From positions 77,252,001-77,316,000 of the forward strand of contig NC_135661.1 of assembly GCF_964188315.1 (NCBI RefSeq): 64,000 bases of DNA, given 5' to 3'. Each line of letters starts with the position of its first letter. Within the stretch, counting starts at the first letter, position 1. The translations under genes were made by a program, and so were the position numbers. Under the pieces are notes generated by a model, which did not search any database, was not told the DNA's origin, and was given only the letters and a program-made list of their open reading frames with translations. This stretch comes from Podarcis muralis (taxonomy: Eukaryota). Below, in pieces: positions 1 to 10,900 of the stretch.

Positions 1-1032
1 TTAGTAAGAGAGCTGAATACCGCATAACAACCGAACTGTGTATACTCAGAAGGAGGAGGGCTATCTTTTTTTCTTTACTGGCTAAACTAAATGAACGAAC
101 CGGACTTTCATTTATAGGAGGTCCAAAGACTGTTTGCCTAAGCAACGTATACCTCCGCGAGGGGTTTGGCGTGGGCTTACAAACGAACTTATACTTGGAC
201 GCTTATATTTGGACGCTTAATTGGACGCCCATTTTGAAACACTGCCTAAGTTTTGTTCTCTTTTGTGACTCTTTACTGACTTTTTTTTTTAAAGGCGAAA
301 TAGTGGATACACACAGCAGTAAGCAGTAAGCGCTAATGGAATAAACCTAAGAGAACAGGAGAAGTACAAAGAGAGAGGAGGCAAGTTAAATACGGTCGCC
401 CTTCGAAGAGGCATATGGTTGAAAGTTGGAAATGATTATTGACTAAGAACTGTAGCTGCTTTTCTTTTTTATTTACTTAAGATACATGGGTCTTTTTTGG
501 GCCGATACAAGAGTGCTGTGTTAAGGACGCAAAGGAAGTAAAAGACAGACAATTCTCTCTGTAGTAGACGTATCAAACCCCCCCCCTACTCCCTAGTGAC
601 TTAATTTGACTGTCTGGGTATTACCTATGGCGTTTTGCATACCGGTGAATATCCCCTCGCTTGGTTAACCCCTGCCTTCCTCCCCCATTTAGTTAACTTA
701 GTGGTTGCTCGGCTCGCTGTACAGTCAATGTTATATCCTTTTACCAACCTCCCTGAACGATTTCGTAAAGTCTACAGAAATAACTTATTAACCCCCCTAC
801 TCCTTCCCTCCTTATACTCACCTCTTGGATAACCCCCTATATTTACCGTTTGGATTTGTATCTTTCCCCTATCTGCTTTTGGTATTCTGGAGATATGAGG
901 CTCGGATAAGCTCTGGGTACCCCGTGTGGGAACGTGTTGGGACTCCAACGGTATTCTTTTATGTATTCTTCCATGTAACTAAACAGATCATTTGGGATAG
1001 CCGTAAAGAGGAGAATAAGGAGATTGTGAGCC

Positions 1033-1762
1033 TGTGCTGGTCCCAGGGGGGATAAGGTACTATTACCGTAGGCCAAGATCAGTTCAGAGTCTCTAGCAGG
1101 GTAGATGAACACTAGATGAGACGCGAGGTCCAAGACAGGGAGCCGGGCGGGGTAACAGGAACGATGGTAGGGCAGAAGCAGGAAGCCAGGCGAGGAACAG
1201 GAACACTGGTAGGGCAGAAGCAGGAGTCCAGGCGAGGAACAGGAACACTGGTAGGGCAGTAGCAGGAATCCAGGCGAGGAACAGGAACACCGGAGAGTCA
1301 GAAACAGGAAGCCGGGCAAGGAACAGGCACACTGGGAGTGCCGAACAAGGACTGGGTAAAACAGGTACTCCACAACGATGTTGCTCCCGCAACCTGGGAC
1401 CGGGCTGACTGGCCTTTATCTTCTTCTAAGGCCGGGGGCGGTCCCGGCCCCCAGAAGCCCCGCCTCTCTTGGTCTTAAGGCGAGCACTCCTCCTGGGAGA
1501 CACCAGTTCCCTTCGCCTCTCTGCCCTAAGCCTCTGCAGATCAGGAGAGGCCGAAGGGTTACTGGGCCCCGGGGGAGGCTCACCTGTAGCCACTGAGTCT
1601 TCCAGCACCTCTGGGGCCTGAATGATTTCACCTGGTGCCTGCTCTTGAGTTTCCTCAGCATCTAGGCCTTGCCCCAGTTCAGCCGGCCCTGGAGGCGGGG
1701 ACTCCTGTGCCGGCTGGGATTCCTCCGGATCGCTCTCAGACTCGGAATCCCAGGCCATCACA
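1033..1762 (-). repeat. Gypsy 3' LTR
   Basis: Follows the PPT; ORF-track peptides 1093-1392, 1378-1596 and 1416-1661 recur identically 5112 bp away. Confidence 0.97.
1166..1333. repeat. 4 x 42-bp tandem repeat inside the LTR (also 6278-6445)
   Basis: Unit ggtagggcagaagcaggaagccaggcgaggaacaggaacact starts at 1166, 1208, 1250 and (degenerate) 1292. Confidence 0.9.
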
Positions 1763-4700
1763 CCATCCCCCCTCCCAGGCCCCCCCCTCACTTGAGGGTC
1801 CGGACCCGGCTTGCTGGGGTACGCCGCATGAAACTCTTGGATGCAGGCAGGCGCGTGGACGTTGACCGCTGGTTCCCAGGAACGGTCCTCTGGCCCATAC
1901 CCCTTCCAGTCAATGAGATACTGCAGCCTTCCCCTGCGGTATCGGGAGTCCAGAATGCGTTCCACCTCGTACTCTGGCTCTCCCTGCACCAAAACTGGCT
2001 GCGGTCGGGGACGGTCCGGGTGGAACTCGTCGGGTGGGGCCACCGGACTCAGCAGGGACCTGTGGAATACCGGGTGAACCTTCAGGTTTGCTGGCAACCG
2101 GAGACGGAATGCCACAGGCGAGACCTGGTTCACGATCGGGAACGGGCCGGTGAACCGGGCGTCCAGCTTCCGCGAAGGTCGAGAAGGGTGGAGGTGGCGA
2201 GTGGAAAGCCATACCAGGTCACCGACGTGAAGTTCCGGCCCCACCTGGCGGTGGCGGTCAGCCTGGACCTTGTACGCCTCCTTGGCCTGGCGCAGCTGCT
2301 CCATCAACAGCTGTTGCTGGGACTGGAGCTCCTGAAGCCACTCCGTCACCGCAGGGACCGCAGATGCCGGCAACACATCCGGAAACAACCGTGGATGAAA
2401 GCCATAACTGGCCTGGAACGGGGTCTGCTGGGTGGACGCATTCACCGCGTTGTTATAAGCGAACTCCGCCAATGCTAGGTGGTCGACCCAGTCGTCCTGC
2501 TGGTAGCTGCAGTAACACCGGAGGTACTGTTCCAGCACCGCGTTCGCCCGTTCCGTCTGGCCATCAGTCTGTGGGTGGTAAGCAGATGAGAGACAGACCT
2601 CTGTTCCAAGGGCCTGGTGCAAAGCACGCCAAAACCGGGACGTGAACTGAACGCCGCGGTCGGACACTATACGCTCAGGTAGGCCATGCAGGCGGAAGAC
2701 ATGCTGAAGGTACAGCTGTGCGGTTTCCTTAGCTGAGGGTACGGATGGGCAGGGGGCACAGTGCACCATCTTCGTGAAGTGGTCGGAGAAAACTAGAAGG
2801 CAGGTGCAGCCACGAGACGGGGGTAACTCCACTACAAAGTCCAGAGAAACTGTGTGCCAAGGACGTGGTGGAACCGGCAACGGCTGTAGAAGGCCGGGGG
2901 GTCGCCCGGTAGGCCCCTTGGCCCGCCTGCAGACGTCACAACCAGCGACGTAGCGAGCCACATCAGCCTTCAAACGGGGCCACCAAAACTCACGGCTTAC
3001 CAGATGGGTGGTCCGATACCGCCCAAAGTGCCCCGCCGCTGGAGCATCATGGGTCATCCGGAGAACCTCAGCCCGCAGCGGCCCTGGTGGGATGTACAGG
3101 CGCCCGTGGTGCAGCAGAAGGCCCTGATGCGAGACCAGCCCTGGATACTGAGGGCATGGTCCTTCGGCCAGTTCCCGGAGTCGTTCCTGGGCCCAAGCGT
3201 CGACCTGCTGCTGTTCCCGCACCCGAGCCTGCAGTGGCTCAACCTCCTGGGTGGCCAGGAATGCGGCTGGTGGTAGGATCGTGGTGGGTGCTGCTTGCTG
3301 AACCGTGTCTGCGTTGTCTTCAGGTTTCCGGGACAGGGCATCCGCCTTCTGGTTCTGGGAGCTAGGGATGTAGCGGATCCGGAACTGGAACCGGGAGAAG
3401 AACAACGCCCACCGGATCTGCCTTTGGTTCAGCTTGCGGGTGGTCTGGAGGTATTCCAAGTTCCGGTGGTCGGTTCTTACCTCCACCGGGTGTCTTGCTC
3501 CTTCCAGATGGTGGCGCCAAACCTCAAAGGCCACCTTGATGGCCAGTAGTTCCCGCTCCCACACGGTATAGTTACGCTCCGCTGGAAGGAGCTGGCGGGA
3601 ATAGAAGGCGCAGGGTAAGAGTGGCGCTTCCGGTCCGTGCTGCTGAGACAAGACGGCACCGAGAGCCGTACTGGAGGCGTCAGTCTCAACCACAAAGGGT
3701 CGAGAAGGATCCGGATGTTGCAAGATTGGCGCTCTCTGGAAACAGGCCTTCAACCCTTGAAATGCCTCCTCCGCCTCCTTGTCCCAGGAAAACGGCGTCT
3801 TGGGGCGCAGTAGCCGGGTCAACGGGGTGGTGCGGTGAGCATAATCCGCAATGAAGGTCCGGTAATAGTTGGCGAACCCCAGGAAACGCTGTAGGTCCTT
3901 GCGGTTCCGAGGTGCCGCCCATTCTCGAACCGCTGCCACCTTCCCCGGATCCATCTGCACCCCACCTGGTGAGAGTCGGTGACCCAGGAAGTCCACTGAC
4001 CGCTGATGAAACTCGCACTTGCTGAGCTTTGCATACAGACGATGCTCGCGCAAGCGCTGCAGCACGGTCCGGACATGGCCCTCGTGGCACGCCGGGTCAC
4101 GGGAGTAAACCAGAATGTCATCCAAGTACACCACCACGTACTTGTCTAGCAAGTCCTGGAACACGTGGTTGATGTACCGTTGGAACACAGCAGGCGCGTT
4201 GCACAAACCAAAGGGCATAACCAGGTATTCGAACTGTCCGTACCGGGTCCCGAATGCTGTCTTCCACTCATCCCCGGCGCGGATCCGAATCAAATTGTAG
4301 GCTCCCCGGAGGTCTAACTTGGTGAACACCTGCGCCCCTTGCACCCGCTCCAGTAACTCCGAAATAAGGGGCAAGGGGTACCGGTCCGGGATGGTAATTT
4401 TGTTCAGGGCCCGGTAATCATGGCAAAGGCGGAGCTCCCCACATTTCTTTTTAACAAAGAGCACTGGCGCAGCAGTGGGCGAGGTAGAAGGTCTAATGAA
4501 CCCACGCTCCAGGTTCTTGCGCAAGAAGTCCTGCAAAGCCTCGCGCTCTGGCTCTGTTAACGAGTATAAGCGACTCACCGGTAGAGGCGCTCCGGGCTGG
4601 AGGTCTATGCCGCAGTCAAAGGACCGATGCGGCGGCAGCTGGTCTGCCCCCCGTTCCTCGAACACGTCGTGATAGTCCCGGTACTCAGCGGGGAGCGTTG

Positions 4701-6081
4701 CAGCAGCCTCCTCAGTGGGCGCAGCTGCTAGCATCTCAGTCTCAGCAGGAGAACTGGGGTCTGGGAAGTGTACAGTCCGTTTGACCCAGTCAATCTGCAC
4801 ATTGTGAGCCTCCAGCCAGTCCATCCCAAGCACCAGGGGGAACCGGGGCATGGAGGCAATATCCAGAGTTCGCATCTCACGGTGCTGCTGGAGGCACAGG
4901 ACCAGGGGCTGGGTCTCCTGAGTGACGGCACCCGAACGCAGGGGCCGTCCGTCGATTGCCTCCACCTGTACCGGTTCTGGCTTGTTCCGAAGTGGCACCC
5001 GATGCTGGGCAGCAAAAGCAGCGTCCATATAAGAGCGGGTTGCCCCTGAATCCACCAGAGCATGGGTAAGAATCCATGGCCCTCCTGGAGGGTAAAGATG
5101 TACCGGAACCATAAGGTGTTGTAATTCAATTGGTGCGGCCCCATTCTGTGCTGTTTGGGACCCCAGGTAGCCAGGGCCATCAGCTACTGGGGTTTGGCAG
5201 TTTCCCTGCGGCTGGCGTTTCTCAGGACAGGACCGTGCATAGTGTCCGCTTCCGCCACAATAGAGACATAGGTTCCCCTCCCGACGCCGCGACTTCTCTG
5301 CGGGGGAGAGGCGTGGCCGCACTGCCCCAAGCTGCATAGGTTCCTCCAATGACTCAGCTGGGCCTGTGGGGCTGCTGGTAGACACTGGGGCCGAGAACTG
5401 GAGGTGCCTGCGGCCCCGAGCCTGACGCCGGTCCTCTAGCCGATCGTCTATCTGTAGACTCCGTTGAATAAGGGTGTCTAGCGTGGTGGGACGTTCCATT
5501 GTGGCCAGCTGGTCCAGTATCTCATCTGAAAGCCCCTCGAGATACTGGTCCCGAAGAGCAGAGTCGTCCCAGGTCAAGTCCTGTGCCAGCAGCCGGAATT
5601 CTGTGGTGTATGCGGCCACCGTGGACTTGCCCTGTCTCAACCGCCGAATCGCCCGGTTGGCTTGACTCCCCTTCTGAGGGTTGCCGAACGCGGCCTCCAA
5701 CAGATTGCAAAAACCCCCGTAGTCTGCCAGCAAGGGGGAGTCTTGCCTGAGCAGTGGCAACGCCCACTTGGCCGCCTGGTCCTTTAACAAACTAATCAAA
5801 AAATGCACCTTGGTGCGGTCGTCAGGGAAGTTCCGGGCGCGCCCCTGAATATACAGCTTGGCCTGGGCAAGGAACATGGGAAAGCTGGCCGGGGCCCCAT
5901 CAAATTTCTCAGGCAAGGCCACTGGGTACTTGCCAGAAGCCGGGGCGTCGGCCCCAGGAGCCGGTAGGGCATCCAAACGCTGCTGTAGTGCCGTAACCAC
6001 GTTACTGAGCTGCTGCACGGTGTGCCTCAAGGCCTGGTTCTCCTGGGCTATTGCCAACAGTGTAGCCGCTTGGTCAGCCAT
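1426..6081 (-). CDS. Gypsy Gag-Pol polyprotein (Gag, Zn knuckle, PR, RT, RNase H, IN, chromodomain, LTR-encoded tail), 1551 aa from ATG 6081
   Basis: LPEKFDG (Gag), [14 protein letters not shown] (CCHC), LVDSGA (protease), YLDD (RT), ETDAS (RNase H), H..H..CDVC and SLDFV/SDRG/TERAN (integrase), [13 protein letters not shown]...YLIDWKGY (chromodomain). One frame with no gag/pol frameshift. Confidence 0.97.
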   Translation of the reverse strand: MADQAATLLAIAQENQALRHTVQQLSNVVTALQQRLDALPAPGADAPASGKYPVALPEKFDGAPASFPMFLAQAKLYIQGRARNFPDDRTKVHFLISLLKDQAAKWALPLLRQDSPLLADYGGFCNLLEAAFGNPQKGSQANRAIRRLRQGKSTVAAYTTEFRLLAQDLTWDDSALRDQYLEGLSDEILDQLATMERPTTLDTLIQRSLQIDDRLEDRRQARGRRHLQFSAPVSTSSPTGPAESLEEPMQLGAVRPRLSPAEKSRRREGNLCLYCGGSGHYARSCPEKRQPQGNCQTPVADGPGYLGSQTAQNGAAPIELQHLMVPVHLYPPGGPWILTHALVDSGATRSYMDAAFAAQHRVPLRNKPEPVQVEAIDGRPLRSGAVTQETQPLVLCLQQHREMRTLDIASMPRFPLVLGMDWLEAHNVQIDWVKRTVHFPDPSSPAETEMLAAAPTEEAAATLPAEYRDYHDVFEERGADQLPPHRSFDCGIDLQPGAPLPVSRLYSLTEPEREALQDFLRKNLERGFIRPSTSPTAAPVLFVKKKCGELRLCHDYRALNKITIPDRYPLPLISELLERVQGAQVFTKLDLRGAYNLIRIRAGDEWKTAFGTRYGQFEYLVMPFGLCNAPAVFQRYINHVFQDLLDKYVVVYLDDILVYSRDPACHEGHVRTVLQRLREHRLYAKLSKCEFHQRSVDFLGHRLSPGGVQMDPGKVAAVREWAAPRNRKDLQRFLGFANYYRTFIADYAHRTTPLTRLLRPKTPFSWDKEAEEAFQGLKACFQRAPILQHPDPSRPFVVETDASSTALGAVLSQQHGPEAPLLPCAFYSRQLLPAERNYTVWERELLAIKVAFEVWRHHLEGARHPVEVRTDHRNLEYLQTTRKLNQRQIRWALFFSRFQFRIRYIPSSQNQKADALSRKPEDNADTVQQAAPTTILPPAAFLATQEVEPLQARVREQQQVDAWAQERLRELAEGPCPQYPGLVSHQGLLLHHGRLYIPPGPLRAEVLRMTHDAPAAGHFGRYRTTHLVSREFWWPRLKADVARYVAGCDVCRRAKGPTGRPPGLLQPLPVPPRPWHTVSLDFVVELPPSRGCTCLLVFSDHFTKMVHCAPCPSVPSAKETAQLYLQHVFRLHGLPERIVSDRGVQFTSRFWRALHQALGTEVCLSSAYHPQTDGQTERANAVLEQYLRCYCSYQQDDWVDHLALAEFAYNNAVNASTQQTPFQASYGFHPRLFPDVLPASAVPAVTEWLQELQSQQQLLMEQLRQAKEAYKVQADRHRQVGPELHVGDLVWLSTRHLHPSRPSRKLDARFTGPFPIVNQVSPVAFRLRLPANLKVHPVFHRSLLSPVAPPDEFHPDRPRPQPVLVQGEPEYEVERILDSRYRRGRLQYLIDWKGYGPEDRSWEPAVNVHAPACIQEFHAAYPSKPGPDPQVRGGPGRGDGVMAWDSESESDPEESQPAQESPPPGPAELGQGLDAEETQEQAPGEIIQAPEVLEDSVATGEPPPGPSNPSASPDLQRLRAERRRELVSPRRSARLKTKRGGASGGRDRPRP
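1763..1776 (-). promoter_or_regulatory. Polypurine tract (GGGAGGGGGGATGG)
   Basis: Purine run directly abutting the 3' LTR TG. Confidence 0.9.
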
Positions 6082-6132
6082 GGCCTCTGAGTCTTCCCGA
6101 ACGCACCCCAACAAAGAGGGAGTGCGGGTGTG

Positions 6133-6142
6133 GCGGGAGCAA
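6133..6142 (-). promoter_or_regulatory. Self-priming primer binding site (TTGCTCCCGC)
   Basis: Lies 2 nt after the 5' LTR, has no tRNA-type TGG start, and is exactly complementary to GCGGGAGCAA at 6502-6493 inside the LTR. Confidence 0.8.
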
Positions 6143-6144
6143 AC

Positions 6145-6874
6145 TGTGCTGGTCCCAGGGGGGATAAGGTACTATTACCGTAGGCCAAGATCAGTTCAGA
6201 GTCTCTAGCAGGGTAGATGAACACTAGATGAGACGCGAGGTCCAAGACAGGGAGCCGGGCGGGGTAACAGGAACGATGGTAGGGCAGAAGCAGGAAGCCA
6301 GGCGAGGAACAGGAACACTGGTAGGGCAGAAGCAGGAGTCCAGGCGAGGAACAGGAACACTGGTAGGGCAGTAGCAGGAATCCAGGCGAGGAACAGGAAC
6401 ACCGGAGAGTCAGAAACAGGAAGCCGGGCAAGGAACAGGCACACTGGGAGTGCCGAACAAGGACTGGGTAAAACAGGTACTCCACAACGATGTTGCTCCC
6501 GCAACCTGGGACCGGGCTGACTGGCCTTTATCTTCTTCTAAGGCCGGGGGCGGTCCCGGCCCCCAGAAGCCCCGCCTCTCTTGGTCTTAAGGCGAGCACT
6601 CCTCCTGGGAGACACCAGTTCCCTTCGCCTCTCTGCCCTAAGCCTCTGCAGATCAGGAGAGGCCGAAGGGTTACTGGGCCCCGGGGGAGGCTCACCTGTA
6701 GCCACTGAGTCTTCCAGCACCTCTGGGGCCTGAATGATTTCACCTGGTGCCTGCTCTTGAGTTTCCTCAGCATCTAGGCCTTGCCCCAGTTCAGCCGGCC
6801 CTGGAGGCGGGGACTCCTGTGCCGGCTGGGATTCCTCCGGATCGCTCTCAGACTCGGAATCCCAGGCCATCACA
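6145..6874 (-). repeat. Gypsy 5' LTR
   Basis: Starts TGTGATGG and ends AGCACA on the minus strand; same sequence as 1033-1762 on manual comparison. Confidence 0.97.
6527..6532 (-). promoter_or_regulatory. TATA-like box (GATAAA) of the Gypsy 5' LTR
   Basis: 25-30 nt upstream of 6502, the inferred transcript start that pairs with the PBS. Confidence 0.6.
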
Positions 6875-6932
6875 GAGCCCTTAAAGGGAGAGAATTAGTA
6901 TTGAAAAGATCAACGAATAATAAGGAGCCAAA

Positions 6933-7955
6933 ATGCAGGGGAAGAATGGGAAAAGGGGTAGGGGAACGCCAGGGGAAAGAAAAACCTCTAAGCAGGAAGA
7001 AATCAAAGACCTGGACTTTCTGTGGCTAAAAATTAAGGAGGAACTTAAGCAGAACGAAAATAATATAGAAAATAAATTAGAGGAAATGCAAGATAGAATA
7101 GATAAAAGGATAGAGGGAGCGATAGGAAAGAAAGTACAAGAGCTAACGGTCAAAGCAAAAACATTTGAGGAAATTAACAAAAAAATTCAAAAGGACGTAA
7201 GAGAACAGAAAAGGGAGGCGGAAAAAATGAAGGAGGAGATGCGAGAGCTGAACAAATCACAGGAGCAGATATGGGATAACATAGCGATGGCTGAAATGAG
7301 GCAAAGACAAATGCATTTAAAATTTAGAGGTATAGAGGAAGAAACGAAAGAGAATATTAAAGAAAAAATAATTACCGAATTAGCAAATTGGTTAGAGACT
7401 AAAGAAGAAGAGGTCGCGTACACAATAGAAAACGCCTTCAGGATTAAAATGAGATCACCTCAGAACAGAACCAGGAAACCCATAGGGGACTGCCTAGTAA
7501 TGTTTAACTCAATAGGAATGAGGAATTTGATACTTAAAACAAGTTACCATAAAAAACTCATAATAGGTGGTAGACCAATAATTGTCCTGAAAGAGATCCC
7601 GGTCAGGTTATTACGCAAGAGGGAAGGCTACAGACACATAATAGGTGTTCTGAGAAGGAACAATATCCAATATAGATGGGAATTCCCCGAGGGAATCGCC
7701 TTCTTTTTTAAGGATAAGAGATTTAAACTGACCAGCCCATTAGAAGTAGAAAAGTTCCTGAGAAGATACGAGAAGGAGCTTACTAAAAAGGAGAGTGGAA
7801 CATTAAGAAGAAAGGAGGGGGAGGGGGAGGGGGGGAGGGCGAGACTACAGAGGGGGGAGGAGGAAGGAGAAGGAGAAGAGGTTGAGAGGGGAAGTGCAGC
7901 GGAAGGGGAAGAATCAGGGGAAGAAACAGAGGAAGAGGAAGAAGTAAAGGATTAA
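6933..7955 (+). CDS. L1 ORF1p (coiled coil, RRM-like, CTD) with acidic C-terminal tail, 340 aa
   Basis: Heptad-rich K/E region, then RQMHLKFRGIEE (L1 ORF1 RRM-start motif) and YRWEFPEGI; sits directly upstream of ORF2. Confidence 0.9.
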   Translation: MQGKNGKRGRGTPGERKTSKQEEIKDLDFLWLKIKEELKQNENNIENKLEEMQDRIDKRIEGAIGKKVQELTVKAKTFEEINKKIQKDVREQKREAEKMKEEMRELNKSQEQIWDNIAMAEMRQRQMHLKFRGIEEETKENIKEKIITELANWLETKEEEVAYTIENAFRIKMRSPQNRTRKPIGDCLVMFNSIGMRNLILKTSYHKKLIIGGRPIIVLKEIPVRLLRKREGYRHIIGVLRRNNIQYRWEFPEGIAFFFKDKRFKLTSPLEVEKFLRRYEKELTKKESGTLRRKEGEGEGGRARLQRGEEEGEGEEVERGSAAEGEESGEETEEEEEVKD

Positions 7956-7989
7956 TAAGTGGATATAAACACTACGCTTCTTCTAAACA

Positions 7990-10900
7990 ATGTCTTTAAC
8001 TTTTTTAACGTGGAATGTTAACGGTCTAAATGAGAAAGTGAAAAGAAATAAAATAGTGAAAGTCTTGAAAAACAAAAAATGTGATGTGGTGTGCTGCCAA
8101 GAGACCCATGTGGCCAAAAAACACAGACATATATTGATTAATAAAAAGCTGGGAAAGGAGTTCATTAACTCAGAGGTGAACAAAAAGAGAGGGGTGGTCA
8201 TCTATGCCAAAGAAAAACTGGAACCTAAAGTAATATGTAAGGACGAGGAGGGGAGGATCCTAGGGATCCAAGTAACGCACCAAGGGGAAAGATTTAATAT
8301 AGTATCGATATACGCCCCTAATACAAACAAAACCGAGTTCTTTAGTAAACTGGAACAAATATTACTAGATCTAGAAAACAATAAATTAATCTTGTTAGGG
8401 GATCTGAATGGAGTCCCGGAACCCGACATTGACAGAAGCGAAAAAAGGAGGAAAGGGAAGCAGGGGAAACTTCCAAAAACTTTCGACGATCTTAAAGAAA
8501 ATTTAGATCTAATAGACATCTGGAGACACAAAAACCCGACAGAGAAACAGTTCACCCACTTCTCCGGAGTACACCAGAGCTGGGGTAGAATAGACCAGAT
8601 CTGGGTCTCCAGGGAACTTTCGTTGAGAACGGGGAGATGTACAATAGAACCCAGAACACTATCAGATCATAACTCAATCTTTTTGGAAATAAAGAGTACT
8701 TCACCAGGCCCGTATAGATGGAGACTGAACGATTATCTACTGGAACAGGATGAGATCACTGATAAGGCAAAGAAAGCCTTGAAAGAGTATTTTGACCATA
8801 ATCTACACAAAGAAACAAAAATTAATGTGGTATGGGATGCTAGTAAAGCAGTCTTAAGAGGCTTTCTGATTCAACAGAATAAATATAGAAAGAACTTGAG
8901 AGAAGCAAAGAAGGAAGAGGTAGTTAAACAACTAAAAGAAGTAGAGGACAGATTAATAACAAACCCTGGGGATGAGAGGTATATTCAAAATTATAAATTA
9001 CTACAAACCCAATACTCAATACTGCTGAATCATGAAATAGAATGGGGAATAAAGATGATGAAACAAAGATACTTTGAAACAGCAAACAAAACTGGTAAGT
9101 TGTTAGCGTGGCAATTGAGGAAAAAGCAAAAGCAAAAGGTGATCAGTAAAATTAAAGTTGAAGATCAAATAATAGAGGACCCCAATGAGGTTAAGGGAAA
9201 GTTCCTTCAATATTATGAAAATCTGTACAAAAAGAAAGAGGTAGAAGACATAAGTGAGATGGGAAGGTATTTGGAAAGATACGGGAAAGAAGACTTAACG
9301 GATGAGGAAAAGACAATGTTAAACGAGCCAGTAACTATGGATGAGGTTAGAGAAGTAATTAAGAAAATGAAACCCGGGAAAGCTCCCGGCCCAGATGGCC
9401 TCTCCCAAAAATACTACAAAGCCCTAGAGGAACAGCTGGTCCCAGTACTCTGCAGTGTAATTAATAATATCCTCCAAGGAGGGGAAATGCCTGATTCTTG
9501 GAGAGAGGCACATATCACACTGATACCCAAACCAGACTCTGATACACTTAATATATCAAACTACAGACCAATATCATTACTTAATAATGACTACAAGATC
9601 TTTGCAGGAATAATGGCTAACAGGTTTAAGAAATACTTAAATAGAGTAATCCACAAAGACCAGGCCGGGTTTCTGCCGGGTAGGCAGATGAAGGAGAATG
9701 TGAGGCATGTAGTTAATATAATCGAATATCTGGATCTTAAGATTGATATCCCTGCCGCCTTAATCTTTATAGACGCCGAAAAGGCTTTTGATAATGTGTC
9801 CTGGGAATTCCTCATTAAATGTATGGAGAGGGCAGGAATAAGAGGGCCATTTCTAGAAGGTATTAGAGCAATCTACTCAAACCAAAGAGCGAAACTCATT
9901 ATCAATGGTAACCTAACAAACTCATTTAAGATCACAAAAGGTACAAGACAGGGGTGTCCTTTATCACCCCTGTTATTCATCATGGTCCTGGAGGTAATAT
10001 TGAACAAGATCAGAGGAACCCAGGAAATAAGAGGGATTAAGATAGGCAAAAAGGAATATAAAGTTAAGGCTTACGCCGACGATCTTGTAATATCAATAGA
10101 AGAACCTCTAGAGAGGATGAATGTAGTCATTGAAGTAATGGAGGAATTTGGGAGATTATCTGGGTTTAAAGTGAATAAAACAAAAACGAAAATGTTGGTA
10201 AAAAATCTAGATGAACAAACAAAAAATAAAATTGAAACAGGATCTGGGATAAAGATATCAAAAAAGGTTAAGTATCTGGGTATTTGGCTCTCAACGAAAA
10301 ATATAAACTTAGTGGAGGATAATTACAACAGAACATGGAGGGAATGCAAAAGGGATCTAGACTGTTGGAGTAGATTATACCTCTCATGGGAGGGGAGAAT
10401 GGCTGCCATCAAAATGAACATCCTTCCCAAAATGATATTCCTGTTCCAAAATATTCCGGTAATCAGGGGCACAACAATGTTTAAAAACTGGCAGAGGACC
10501 CTTTCCAGATTTATTTGGCAGGGTAAGAGGGCCAGAATTAAGTACAAGTTACTCACGGACAAAAGAGATAGAGGTGGATTTGCGCTCCCAAATTTGCAAC
10601 TTTATTATGAGGCCTCGTGTTTATGTTGGGTGAAGGAATGGATAGTACTGAACAACACCGAACTACTGGACCTGGAGGGTTTTAATGCCAGGTTTGGATG
10701 GCACGCCTACCTATGGCAAGATAAGGCAGGTGTGCATAAAGGTTTTTCTAATCATATTATAAGAGGAGCGTTATTGGAAGTGTGGAACAGGTGTAAGAAC
10801 TTGGTAGAAAAAGGTACCCCTCTATGGCTGTCACCCATTGATATTCTAGCAATAAAAAAAACGAATATGGAAGGTAGAAGATGGACCTATGAGGAACTCC

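Larger units (their letters stand above)
1033..6874 (-). mobile_element. Full-length Gypsy LTR retrotransposon (chromovirus, Tf1/sushi-like), 5842 bp
   Basis: Two 730-bp LTRs (TG...CA) at offset 5112; 5-bp TSD GAGCC at 1028-1032 and 6875-6879; single gag-pol ORF; PPT next to the 3' LTR. Confidence 0.98.

Noticed and set aside
825-1055. Hydrophobic 76-aa ORF in the L1 5' UTR as an ORF0 or uORF
   Set aside because: Starts at TTG, owes its last residues to the LTR, and would stop one codon after the TSD (AGC CCT TAA) in the pre-insertion allele.
6120-6144. tRNA-type PBS
   Set aside because: No TGG after the LTR; self-complementarity to the LTR explains it better.
1635-6208. Many plus-strand and alternative-frame ORFs up to 269 aa over the Gypsy
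   Set aside because: Shadow ORFs of a GC-rich coding strand with no recognisable domain; no env-like ORF.
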